Source: Candidatus Saccharimonadota bacterium (GTDB lineage: Archaea; Nanohalarchaeota; Nanosalinia; Nanosalinales; Nanosalinaceae). Taken from it: 32,000 nt of DNA. Under the pieces are notes generated by a model. That model was not told where the DNA came from. It saw nothing but the letters and a program-made list of their open reading frames with translations, and searched no databases. How positions within the stretch are numbered: the stretch's first letter is position 1; each line of letters opens with the position of its first letter. The stretch is taken from contig NZ_CP107255.1 of NCBI RefSeq assembly GCF_029232205.1, forward strand, positions 60,001 through 92,000, written 5' to 3'. Made by a program: the position numbers and the translations under genes. Below, one piece after another: positions 23,639 to 32,000 of this stretch.

Positions 23639-24751
23639 CTAGATGAATTCTACGCCAAGTTCCTGCTCGATTTCTTCTTCGTACTCGTCCTGATGTGTGT
23701 TGTCAGGGCCGTAGATTTGAGGGCTGTCGACTCCTGTGACGATGATCATTGCCTGGAGTGCGTCGCTCATGTCTTCACGCACTTGTGCTCCCCAGATGAT
23801 CTTTGCTGAGTCATCAAGCTTTCCGCTGACAGTATTGACTACTTCTTGGGCCTCGTTGAGGGATAGTGATGATCCTCCTGTTACGTTTACGAGTGCTCCT
23901 TCTCCGCCTGCGATGTCTACGTCGAGCAGTGGGTTGCTTAGTGCTTTCTGCACTGCTTCGTTGGCTCTGGAGTCTGTGTCGGACTGGCCCATTCCGATCA
24001 TGGCGATTCCTCCTTCTCCCATGACTGCGCGGATGTCTGCGAAGTCTAGGTTGACGAGGCCTGGTTTTGTAACCAGTTCTGTGACTCCTTTGACTGCGTT
24101 TACGAGGATTTCGTCTGCGATCTTGAATGCTGTGTTCAGTGATACGTCTGGGACGATTTCGAGCAGTTTGTCGTTTGGTATTACGATTAGTGTGTCTACG
24201 ACTTCTTCTAGTCTTTCGAGGCCGTATTCTGCGTTTTCCTGTCGGCTGGTTCCTTCCATTTCGAATGGTAGTGTGACGATTCCTACGGTCAGTGCGCCTT
24301 CTTTTTTGGCCTGTTCTGCGATCACGTGTGCGGATCCGGTTCCTGTTCCTCCTCCGAGGCCGCAAGTGATGAATACCATGTCGCTTCCGCTGACCTGTTC
24401 CTTAATTTTTTGCTGTGACTCTTTTGCGGATTCTTCTCCGACTTTTGGGTCGGCTCCTGCTCCGAGGCCCTGTGTTAGTTCTTTTCCGATTAGTACTTTC
24501 TGGTCGGCGTTTGCGTATAGAAGATCCTGTGCGTCGGTGTTCATTGCGATTGTATCGCATCCTTCTATTCCGACGTCAACTAGGCGAGAAATTGTGTTGT
24601 TTCCGGCTCCTCCGGTACCGATGACTTTGATATCGGCTTTTCTCTGTTCTATTAGATTCTCGAGTTCTTCGTCGATATCGTGGCTTTTCTGACTTGATTG
24701 AGGTACTCCGCCTGCATCGTTTCTCTTTGCCTGTTCGATCTGATCTTCCAT
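23639..24751 (-). CDS. ftsZ: cell division protein FtsZ
   Basis: 370 aa. GTGGAGNN and the tubulin signature GLGGGTGTGS. Confidence 0.97.
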   Translation of the reverse strand: MEDQIEQAKRNDAGGVPQSSQKSHDIDEELENLIEQRKADIKVIGTGGAGNNTISRLVDVGIEGCDTIAMNTDAQDLLYANADQKVLIGKELTQGLGAGADPKVGEESAKESQQKIKEQVSGSDMVFITCGLGGGTGTGSAHVIAEQAKKEGALTVGIVTLPFEMEGTSRQENAEYGLERLEEVVDTLIVIPNDKLLEIVPDVSLNTAFKIADEILVNAVKGVTELVTKPGLVNLDFADIRAVMGEGGIAMIGMGQSDTDSRANEAVQKALSNPLLDVDIAGGEGALVNVTGGSSLSLNEAQEVVNTVSGKLDDSAKIIWGAQVREDMSDALQAMIIVTGVDSPQIYGPDNTHQDEYEEEIEQELGVEFI

Positions 24752-24853
24752 CTTGCGACCACTCTTGTTATGTATAAGAAGTAATCACCAACGTATATAA
24801 AAATGGCTGAAGGCCTCTAATACCTGATTTTTCTAATAGTGGCCTTTTGAAAG

Positions 24854-25117
24854 CTACGCGAGAGAGGCAACTAGCTGTAAATAGAGAGGGCTATTCGCAA
24901 TAACTTTCATAACTAGAAATCCTTCTAGAAGGCCTGATGTAACTGATAGGAGCATAATGAGTGTTTTCCGGTTGTTTTGTTGGCTTAAAATGCTGGACTT
25001 GTTTAGAATAAAGTAGTTGAGAATGCTACCAAAGATAAAAGGAATAAGGAATGCAGCTATGATTCCAACAGTGTCGATAAATGCTGTCTGCTGGATCATG
25101 CTGTTGAAAGCTGCCAT
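24854..25117 (-). CDS. small hydrophobic membrane protein, hypothetical
   Basis: 87-aa ORF with 2-3 hydrophobic segments, non-acidic. 18 nt downstream of the FKBP gene stop. No clear SD. Confidence 0.4.
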   Translation of the reverse strand: MAAFNSMIQQTAFIDTVGIIAAFLIPFIFGSILNYFILNKSSILSQQNNRKTLIMLLSVTSGLLEGFLVMKVIANSPLYLQLVASLA

Positions 25118-25135
25118 TGGAGGTCAGTTTCTTTT

Positions 25136-25783
25136 TTACTCGTCGAACTCTACTGTCTCGTACTTTGTGTAGTCTGTGATCTCTCTGCTGATCGCATCTT
25201 TTAGCTGTTGCGGTAGTTCGTGCTGGTGGCCATCGTCTTCGTGCTTGTGGACGATTGTGACTGTTTCTCCGTCGAATTCTATTTCTCCGTGGCCCAGTCT
25301 GTAGTCGAAGATGGTTCTTGCTTTTTCTTCGTCGTCTTCTACTTTCTCGACTACTTTTACCCAGTAATCAAGTTCTTTTCCTGCTAGCGGGTGGTTGAAG
25401 TCGATTCTTACCCGGCCTGATCCTTTGGAAATTACTCTTCCCTGTCTTCTTCCTACCATTAGTGTGTCTCCGACGCTGACCTGGACGTCTTGCTTGTTGA
25501 ATTCTTTTTCTGGGTAGGTTTCGATGTCTTCGGATTTTCTTTCTCCGTATCCTTCTTCAGGGCTTACTGTAAATTCTTTTTCTTCGCCTACTTCCATGTC
25601 CTCTACTGCTTTTTCGAATCCAGGGATTACGTATTCCTCTCCTACGAGGACTGGTACTGGTTCGAAGTCGAGCTGTGAGGTGTCGAGGCCTTCTTCCTCT
25701 GCTTTTTCTTTGTTTGAAAGGTCGAATATTTCTCCGTTGGATCTTCCAACGTAGTCAACTAGTACTAGATCTCCTTTTTCCAT
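25136..25783 (-). CDS. FKBP-type peptidyl-prolyl cis-trans isomerase (SlyD-like, with insert-in-flap and C-terminal extension)
   Basis: 215 aa. GDLVLVDYVGR..GEIFD..., then ...PGFEKAVEDMEVGEEKEF...YG.R, then ...HPLAGKELDY. Confidence 0.9.
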   Translation of the reverse strand: MEKGDLVLVDYVGRSNGEIFDLSNKEKAEEEGLDTSQLDFEPVPVLVGEEYVIPGFEKAVEDMEVGEEKEFTVSPEEGYGERKSEDIETYPEKEFNKQDVQVSVGDTLMVGRRQGRVISKGSGRVRIDFNHPLAGKELDYWVKVVEKVEDDEEKARTIFDYRLGHGEIEFDGETVTIVHKHEDDGHQHELPQQLKDAISREITDYTKYETVEFDE

Positions 25784-25893
25784 TGTTATTCACGAAAAGT
25801 AACTCTTGGTGAACCATTAAAACTTCCACCGATTCGGGAAGTTTTTCCGGATTTTCGCTATTGTTAAAAGATTTCTATACGTATAACGGTTCT

Positions 25894-26163
25894 ATGAGCT
25901 GGAGAAACAATCTTCCCTCCAAGTTGAAGAACTCTCTACAGTCACTTCTGAGATCTGTAGATAGACATGAAGAAGTTTATACACAGGCAGAAAACGTTTC
26001 TATAGGCCAGATATGGGTTGCGATGGCGATAATGAATCGCAGACTTGAGAAAATTGAGAAAGTAACACGTGCACAGAGAAAGGCCTTGCAGGAGATGAAT
26101 GCCGATGTTGACGTCGACAAGCATCTCAGTGAGAACCTTGAAGAAAGCCTGAAGAAATACTAG
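25894..26163 (+). CDS. hypothetical protein (ATG 25894; ORF opens at TTG 25861)
   Basis: 89-100 aa ORF, helical, no recognisable domain. Its TAG stop overlaps the stop of the convergent gene within CTAG (26160-26163). Confidence 0.4.
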   Translation: MSWRNNLPSKLKNSLQSLLRSVDRHEEVYTQAENVSIGQIWVAMAIMNRRLEKIEKVTRAQRKALQEMNADVDVDKHLSENLEESLKKY

Positions 26164-26501
26164 GTAAGCCAGTACACTATTTCTGCGCCGTCTTCGGCCA
26201 GATCCTCTTTTTCGTTTTCTGAAAGATCGATATCTCTCCATTCTCCGTTATAATCTATCTGCACCAGTTCTCCGATGGCCTCAGCATCTTCCTCGAACCA
26301 GGATCTTAATCTGTATTCATTGTCTTCCTGCTTTACGATACCGAACTTTTCCAGAACCTCTAGTTCTTCTTCCAGCGAGATCTGGGTGTGGGCGCTGCAG
26401 TTGATTTCATGTGCTGTGGCCGAACCCTGATAGTCCAATACGCTGACAGCGGCCATGTAGCGGGCCTCGCTGTATAGTTCGGGTTCTTCAAGCTCAGCCA
26501 T
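26160..26501 (-). CDS. hypothetical protein, possible winged-helix, translationally coupled to leuS
   Basis: 113 aa. Its ATG directly follows the leuS stop (TAGATG). ...ATAHEINCSAHTQISLEEELEVLEKFGIVKQE... resembles wHTH. Confidence 0.5.
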   Translation of the reverse strand: MAELEEPELYSEARYMAAVSVLDYQGSATAHEINCSAHTQISLEEELEVLEKFGIVKQEDNEYRLRSWFEEDAEAIGELVQIDYNGEWRDIDLSENEKEDLAEDGAEIVYWLT

Positions 26502-29273
26502 CTACTCGATCACTATCGCAGGCCTTCCAGGCTCTGCTCTTGAGGCCTTATCCTCTGAAGACTCATCCTCGGTCTCAACCTCGATTTCCGCGTCGAACTC
26601 CTCGGCCCATCTCCTCACGTTTTCGCCAAGAGCATCGGTCTCAGCGGCCTTCTTCATGAACTGTCCTTCGAACTTGCCAGGGTTTTCGACGGCCTCTACA
26701 ACCATCTGATTGACATCCTGTGCGTGCTGCTTGAGCTCGCCGTCAAGCACCTCACTCATGATGTCGCCGACATCTCTGAGCTCCAGATTATCGATTATAT
26801 TGGTGAAGGCCTGGTATTTCCAGTCTGCGGCCTGAATAATCTTGACATTCGAGGCCTCGCCATCGATCATTTCCTGGATATCTCTGATGTCGCTGGATAC
26901 TCTGTCAAAGTATTCGTCGACTCTCTCGGCCTGTTCATCGAGCAACTGCTCGTCTACTTCCGGCCAGTTTGAGTCCAGCATGAATTCTTCATGCCCTAGT
27001 TCTTCCCAGAGCTCTTCGGCGGTGTGCGGCGCATAAGGCGCGATAAGCTGGATCAAGGTTTCTACGCCGTGGCTGAAAATTGCAGGATCTGCATCGCGCT
27101 GTTTGTACCAGTACAGTTTTGTTAGGAGCTTATCGATTTCTCCGATAGCAAGGTTGAATTCGTAGTTCTCGGTGGTTTCGGTAACTTCTTCTATCGCTCT
27201 CTGTATCCTGCTTGAGACAATTCTATCCTCAAGATCTGAGTCTTCGAGGCCTGGTTCTTCATCGGTAAGCAGATCTTCATTTTCTTCTACAATTCTGAAA
27301 ACTCTCTGAAGCATCTCTCTGGAGGCTTCTACGCCGTCTTCGCTCCAGTCAAGTTCTTTGGTAGGATGCGAGGCCCGGAGGATAAAAGTCCTTGCCGTAT
27401 CTGCTCCATTCTCGTTAATAAGCTCAGTTGGATCCACTACATTGTGCTTGGACTTGCTCATTTTCCGGGTTTCTACTTCTACTTCTCTACCACATTTCTC
27501 ACATATATTCTCTCCTTCTACCTCATCAGGATACAGCCATCCATCCTCCGGACATTTGTATGCTGGATGGTTTACCATTCCAAGTGTAAGCAGTCTCTCG
27601 AAAGGCTCGTCCTCTTCAAGCATCTCTTCATCTCGCAGGAACTTTGTGAAGAATCTTGCGTAAAGCAGGTGCATAACTGCGTGTTCGATGCCGCCGATAT
27701 ACTGGTCTACGTTCATCCAGGAGTTTGCATCGTCAACGTCGAAAGGAGCACTGTCAAGTTCTGGTGAGATGTATCTTAGGAAGTACCATGAGCTTCCAAT
27801 AAATGTATCCATGGTATCTGTCTCTCTTCGAGCTTCTCCACCACACTCAGGGCATTCTGTGTGTTCGAAGGTGCCTGAAGTTTCAATTGGGTTTCCTGTT
27901 TCAGTGAACTCCACGTCTTCTGGAAGCTCTACAGGAAGGTCATCCTCTGGAACAGGGACTACGCCACATTTGTCACAGTAGACTACTGGGATCGGTGTAC
28001 CCCAGTAACGCTGCCTTGAGATCAGCCAGTCACGAAGCTTGTAGTTAACATCCTCTTCTCCAAGGCCTTCGTCCTCTAAATGTTCGATTATTTTTTCTAT
28101 TCCGTCGTCTTTGTCCAGGCCGTCTAAGAATCCTGAGTTTACGTGGTCGCCATCACCTTCATAGGCCTCTTCCTTGAAACTGTGGTCGCCTTCTGGTTCA
28201 ACTACTTTCTGAATATCTATTCCGTGCTCCTGCGCGAATTCAAAGTCTCTCTGATCGTGTGCTGGCACAGCCATTATCGCTCCGGTTCCGTAGTCTGGAA
28301 GGACGAACTCTGCAACATAGATTGGGATTTCTTCTCCTGTTACAGGATTTTCTGCGTATTTTCCTGTGAATACTCCGGCCTTTGATTTTTCCTCTCTTTC
28401 TTCGTCATCTTTCTTCTTGGCCTCTTCGATGTATTCTGCTACATCTTCGTTTTCTTCCGCTACTTCTTCCGCTAGCTCGTGTTCTGGAGCCAGGGCCATG
28501 AATGTTGCTCCAAAGATAGTGTCAGGCCTTGTAGTGAATACTTCTAGTTCTCCTTCATCTTTTACTGGGAAGTTGATTTTTGCACCTGTGCTTTTGCCGA
28601 TCCAGTCGTGTTGCATCTTTCTGACTTTCTCAGGCCATCCATCAAGCTGCTCAAGATCCTCAAGAAGTTCGTCTGCGTACTCTGTGATGCCGAGTTTCCA
28701 CTGCTTCATGTCTTTCTGTTCTACAACTGAGTCGCATCTCCAGCACAGGCCATCTTCTACCTGTTCGTCAGCTAGAACTGTTTCGCAGCTTGGACACCAG
28801 TTTACTTCTGAGTTTTCTCTGTATGCTAGGCCTTCTTCCAGCATTTTCTGGAAAATCCACTGGTTCCATTTGTAGTACTCCGGATCGCAGGTCGCTACCT
28901 CTCTATTCCAGTCATAGGAGAATCCTAGCCTCTTTAATTGGCCTCTCATGTTGTCAATGCAGTCACGTGTCCATTCTTCTGGGTCTACATCGCGATCGAT
29001 AGCTGCGTTTTCTGCAGGAAGGCCGAATGCGTCCCAGCCCATTGGATGCATCACGTCGTAGCCCTGCATTCTCTTCATTCTTGCTGGAGCATCTCCTAGA
29101 GAGAAGTTGCGGACGTGGCCCATGTGGATATCTCCGGAAGGGTATGGGAACATTTCCAGTACATAGTATTTTTCAGAGTCTGTGCGCTCTGCTTTGTGAA
29201 GTTCTGCGTCTTCCCATTTTTTCTGCCATTTTTCTTCGATCTGTTTGAGCTGTTCTGCGAATTCTTGGGCCAT
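26502..29273 (-). CDS. leuS: leucyl-tRNA synthetase (bacterial-type architecture)
   Basis: 923 aa. PYPSG.IHMGHVRNF, GWDAFGLPAE, NWCPSCETVLADEQVEDGLCWRC and KMSKSK are collinear with E. coli LeuS as I recall it. Confidence 0.95.
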   Translation of the reverse strand: MAQEFAEQLKQIEEKWQKKWEDAELHKAERTDSEKYYVLEMFPYPSGDIHMGHVRNFSLGDAPARMKRMQGYDVMHPMGWDAFGLPAENAAIDRDVDPEEWTRDCIDNMRGQLKRLGFSYDWNREVATCDPEYYKWNQWIFQKMLEEGLAYRENSEVNWCPSCETVLADEQVEDGLCWRCDSVVEQKDMKQWKLGITEYADELLEDLEQLDGWPEKVRKMQHDWIGKSTGAKINFPVKDEGELEVFTTRPDTIFGATFMALAPEHELAEEVAEENEDVAEYIEEAKKKDDEEREEKSKAGVFTGKYAENPVTGEEIPIYVAEFVLPDYGTGAIMAVPAHDQRDFEFAQEHGIDIQKVVEPEGDHSFKEEAYEGDGDHVNSGFLDGLDKDDGIEKIIEHLEDEGLGEEDVNYKLRDWLISRQRYWGTPIPVVYCDKCGVVPVPEDDLPVELPEDVEFTETGNPIETSGTFEHTECPECGGEARRETDTMDTFIGSSWYFLRYISPELDSAPFDVDDANSWMNVDQYIGGIEHAVMHLLYARFFTKFLRDEEMLEEDEPFERLLTLGMVNHPAYKCPEDGWLYPDEVEGENICEKCGREVEVETRKMSKSKHNVVDPTELINENGADTARTFILRASHPTKELDWSEDGVEASREMLQRVFRIVEENEDLLTDEEPGLEDSDLEDRIVSSRIQRAIEEVTETTENYEFNLAIGEIDKLLTKLYWYKQRDADPAIFSHGVETLIQLIAPYAPHTAEELWEELGHEEFMLDSNWPEVDEQLLDEQAERVDEYFDRVSSDIRDIQEMIDGEASNVKIIQAADWKYQAFTNIIDNLELRDVGDIMSEVLDGELKQHAQDVNQMVVEAVENPGKFEGQFMKKAAETDALGENVRRWAEEFDAEIEVETEDESSEDKASRAEPGRPAIVIE

Positions 29274-29403
29274 ATCCGGAGTTTTGTATCCAAGTTATTT
29301 TAATCTGTAGAAGGTGGTGGGAGAGATTGTTTCTGCTGTATAATAATCAGAAGGGGAAGGCCTCATAGATAATTTAAATGCGTGGAGTAAACAGGTTAAT
29401 ACG

Positions 29404-30171
29404 ATGACCCGATTGATCTGTGTGACTAGTGGAAAGGGAGGGGTCGGAAAGACCACGGTAACTTCAAATCTTGGAGCAGCGCTCACCAATTTTGGTGCAG
29501 ATACGGTGGTTCTGGATGCAAATCTTACTAACCCAAACCTTGGATTCCACATTGGAATTCCGCTATACCCAAAGACTCTTCACGATGTCTTGAAGGGTGA
29601 TGCACACATCACAGAGGCCATGTATATTCATGATTCAGGCCTTCGTGTTGTTCCAGCAGGTCTATCGGTAGAGGATCTTGAGGATACAGATCCTGCAAAT
29701 CTTTCTGATGTCTTGCTTGACGCAGTTGGAGAACCTGACTTTGTACTGGTTGACTCTGCGGCAGGACTTGGAAATGAATCTATTAATGCTATTGAGGCCT
29801 CGGATGAGGTACTCGTTGTAACTAATCCAAATCTTCCGGCTGTTACTGACGCGCTGAAGACTGTGAATATTGCTGAGGAAGCTGGTACGGAGATCAGAGG
29901 AGTTGTTCTTAACATGGTTAAGGGCCATGATTCCGAGCTTGATACTGAGGAAGTTGAGTCGATGATCGGCCACCCGGTTATGATGGAGATTCCTCACCAT
30001 GAGAAGGTTGAGGAAGCTCTTTCATTGAAGAAGCCGGTTGTACATCACGAACCTGATCACCATGTTTCCGAACGGTTTAAGGCCGTTGCAGGAGATCTTG
30101 CGGGTGTTGATTATGAGCCTAACCTTGCGGAGCCAGGGCTTTTCACTCGTTTGATGGGACGGTTCAGATAA
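29404..30171 (+). CDS. minD: MinD/ParA-family P-loop ATPase (archaeal MinD-like), copy 1
   Basis: 255 aa. Deviant Walker A SGKGGVGKTT. Switch regions. C-terminal amphipathic GLFTRLMGRFR. TATA (ATAATTTAAAT) 25 nt upstream. Confidence 0.88.
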   Translation: MTRLICVTSGKGGVGKTTVTSNLGAALTNFGADTVVLDANLTNPNLGFHIGIPLYPKTLHDVLKGDAHITEAMYIHDSGLRVVPAGLSVEDLEDTDPANLSDVLLDAVGEPDFVLVDSAAGLGNESINAIEASDEVLVVTNPNLPAVTDALKTVNIAEEAGTEIRGVVLNMVKGHDSELDTEEVESMIGHPVMMEIPHHEKVEEALSLKKPVVHHEPDHHVSERFKAVAGDLAGVDYEPNLAEPGLFTRLMGRFR

Positions 30172-30209
30172 GGGCACCTTTTTAACCCGCTGAATATAAT
30201 TTTACTTTA

Positions 30210-30971
30210 ATGACCAGGGTTATCTCTGTCGTATCTGGCAAAGGTGGTGTAGGAAAAACCACTGTAACATCTAATCTTGGCACAGCGCTCTCTAGACAGG
30301 GCCACGACGTGCTTATAATCGATGGTAACTTCTCGGGTGCGAATCTAGCCCAGCATTTTGGCCTAGGTTTTTCAGACGTAACTTTCAACGATGTTCTCAG
30401 AGGAGACGCATATATTACACAGGCTGTTTCCAAACATCCTGAAGGAGTTTCGATTGTTCCCGCCTCAGTACTGGAGTTCAGTACGAACGCAGATCAGCTC
30501 AAACACTCTCTAGTAGAGTTTCTGGGCGACAAGGATTTCGTGTTTATTGATGCTGCCGCAGGGATCGGAGATGAAGTAGAGGCAGCTATTGAGGCCTCGG
30601 ATGAGGTACTGCTTGTTTCAGAGCCAGAGCTTCCGGCATTGACTAACTGTCTTGGAGCAAAGAAGATGGCAGAGCAGCTTAACAGAGATGTTTTAGGCCT
30701 AGTTGTTAACGGCGTTAAGAATGAGAAATCAGAGGTCAGCCTTGAAGATGCACAGGATTTGATGGAAACAAATATTATCGGAAAAGTTCCTGATCACAAG
30801 CATGTTAGAGAGGCGATTGCCCTCAGAAAGCCGGTTGTATCTCATAAACCTCAGTCAAAGGCCTCTCTTGCTATAAGAGATGTTGCTCACAGAGTTAAGG
30901 GGAATGAGCCGCCTGAAAGAGGTTTGACGGTGAGGATTAAGTCAAGTATTCACGATATTGCTCCTTTCTAG
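30210..30971 (+). CDS. minD: MinD/ParA-family P-loop ATPase, copy 2 (tandem paralogue)
   Basis: 253 aa. Same SGKGGVGKTTVTSNLG start and shared IEASDEVL block with copy 1. Different C-terminus. Confidence 0.88.
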   Translation: MTRVISVVSGKGGVGKTTVTSNLGTALSRQGHDVLIIDGNFSGANLAQHFGLGFSDVTFNDVLRGDAYITQAVSKHPEGVSIVPASVLEFSTNADQLKHSLVEFLGDKDFVFIDAAAGIGDEVEAAIEASDEVLLVSEPELPALTNCLGAKKMAEQLNRDVLGLVVNGVKNEKSEVSLEDAQDLMETNIIGKVPDHKHVREAIALRKPVVSHKPQSKASLAIRDVAHRVKGNEPPERGLTVRIKSSIHDIAPF

Positions 30972-31022
30972 ATGGCCTTGTTACTCGCTAATCTTAAATT
31001 CAGGTATTTCTAATTTTACTTC

Positions 31023-31541
31023 ATGACTGACTTGAAGCCGTACGAGCAGTATTTATGGAGTCCAAAAAGATCAGAATATGAGGCCAAGCAGGTGCCGGAT
31101 GATATTGACTGTATTTTCTGTGCACAGGTTGAAGATGATGAAAGGGTCTCGAAGCTTCTGGTTTACGAAGATGATTTTCTGATGGTTGAACTGAATATTT
31201 TCCCATACAATACAGGCCATCTCATGGTTGTTCCGAAGAGGCACGTAAATGATCTGGCAGACCTTGAAGATGAGGAACGTGACAGGTTGTTTGCGATGGT
31301 TCAGAAAGTTGAAGAGCTTCAGGAGGAAGTTGTTGAGCCTGCAGGAATCGATATAGGTATGAATATTGGAAAGGCCGCAGGAGAATCAATTCCGCACCTT
31401 CACGTCCAGCTGGTTCCAATTTACGAAAAGGACAGAGGTTTCATGGAGACTTCTCTGGATACAAAAGTTATGAAGAAGTCTCTACCCGATGTTCAGGAAG
31501 AGTACAAGGAAAGAACAGACATTCTGGAAGACTACTGGTGA
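31023..31541 (+). CDS. HIT-superfamily nucleotide hydrolase/transferase with HxHxQ variant motif
   Basis: 172 aa. CIFC, NIFPYNTGHLMVVPKRH and IPHLHVQLVP (third His replaced by Gln, as in the GalT/Ap4A-phosphorylase branch). Confidence 0.8.
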   Translation: MTDLKPYEQYLWSPKRSEYEAKQVPDDIDCIFCAQVEDDERVSKLLVYEDDFLMVELNIFPYNTGHLMVVPKRHVNDLADLEDEERDRLFAMVQKVEELQEEVVEPAGIDIGMNIGKAAGESIPHLHVQLVPIYEKDRGFMETSLDTKVMKKSLPDVQEEYKERTDILEDYW

Positions 31542-31547
31542 TCAGCA

Positions 31548-32000
31548 ATGGTCTCCTTCTTCCATTCCTATGATCTAAGAGGAACCTATCCGGACGAAAT
31601 CTCAGAAGAGGAAGCAGAAAAAGTAGGGAAGGCCTATGGAACATTTACAGATGCAGAAAAAGTACTTGTCGGCAGAGATGGCAGAGAGCACGGAGATAAA
31701 GTTGCTGAGGCCTTTATCAGAGGCATTCTTTCCACAGGTACTGATGTAGATTACGCTGGCGTTGTTCCAACCCCTGTAGTATACTATGGTCAGGTGAAAG
31801 GAGACTATGGTTCTTCAGCTGTTGTAACGGCCTCTCATAATCCCTCTGAGTATACAGGTTTCAAGTTCTGCCTTGAAGATGCTCTTGCAATGTCTCGTGA
31901 AGGAGGCATGAAAGAGATAGAGGCAATCTACGAATCTGAAGATTTTGAAGAAGGAGAGGGCCAGAGAACAGAAGTTGAAATAGTTGAACAGTATGTAGAT
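31548..32000 (+). CDS. phosphomannomutase/phosphoglucomutase (alpha-D-phosphohexomutase), 5' partial
   Basis: Open frame from ATG 31548 to the window end (151 codons, absent from the ORF track because it has no stop). FHSYDLRG...VGRDGR...TASHNP active-site serine loop. GGTGAT SD 5 nt upstream, overlapping the HIT gene stop. Confidence 0.85.
   Translation, partial: MVSFFHSYDLRGTYPDEISEEEAEKVGKAYGTFTDAEKVLVGRDGREHGDKVAEAFIRGILSTGTDVDYAGVVPTPVVYYGQVKGDYGSSAVVTASHNPSEYTGFKFCLEDALAMSREGGMKEIEAIYESEDFEEGEGQRTEVEIVEQYVD

Noticed and set aside
23736-24692. Long ORFs antisense to or out of frame with conserved genes. These are 23736..24692 (+, 318 aa) and 23814..24365 (-, Arg-rich) over ftsZ; 19888..20379 and 20930..21364 over rpl1/spt5; 18980..19435 over rpl10; 13386..13967 over alaS; 28366..28875 over leuS; 7727..8368 and 7334..7690 over the 7469-8887 cassette; and 6985..7479 over tyrS.
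   Set aside because: Their Ser/Leu/Phe-rich or Arg-rich low-complexity sequences are what you get from reading GAA/GAG/GAC-rich acidic genes on the opposite strand or in a shifted frame. They fully overlap genes with strong family signatures and have no start-site signals of their own.
25826-25850. 8-bp inverted repeat AAACTTCC-n9-GGAAGTTT between the FKBP gene and 25894..26163. It shares AAACTTC/GAAGTTT with stem 2 of the serS element.
   Set aside because: It is a single occurrence with different loop size and context. The similarity is limited to 7 nt and could be chance. I note it as a possible operator or hairpin but cannot support a call.

Overview
Gene-dense (roughly 90% coding) archaeal chromosomal segment. 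The source organism is an inference. The evidence is a very acidic (D/E-rich) predicted proteome, about 44% GC, archaeal-type TyrRS and AlaRS, P0/P1 stalk proteins, Spt5 and SecE/Sec61-gamma. The ftsZ-secE-nusG-rpl11-rpl1-rpl10-rpl12 neighbourhood, TATA boxes 22-30 nt before most first-gene ATGs (leaderless style) and abutting or overlapping convergent stop codons fit too. Together these suggest a small-genome halophilic archaeon; Nanohaloarchaeota-like DPANN is my best guess and cannot be proven from this window.

Contents: four aminoacyl-tRNA synthetases (serS, tyrS, alaS, leuS), topA, ogt, a YbaK-type deacylase, Hsp20, an FKBP PPIase, FtsZ, two tandem MinD/ParA ATPases, a HIT protein, the 5' part of a phosphohexomutase, a ribosomal-protein/secE/spt5 cluster, and about 15 hypothetical or membrane proteins. 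I could not recognise any rRNA, tRNA, CRISPR array, transposase or integrase.

Most noteworthy:
1. A paralogous structured element lies upstream of serS and tyrS. It opens with a conserved leaderless mini-ORF, MKGGRF. Codon 7 is Ser before SerRS and Tyr before TyrRS, and hairpins with compensatory changes follow.
2. A two-gene surface module sits between ftsZ and secE: a type-IV-pilin-like protein with Cys-rich CIGxC repeats, plus a secreted protein with four phage-tail-fibre-like repeats.
3. The rpl10-rpl12 stalk operon is split by a 2.1 kb two-gene insertion, and P0 lacks the conserved C-terminal factor-binding peptide.
4. GGCC is strongly over-represented across the window.
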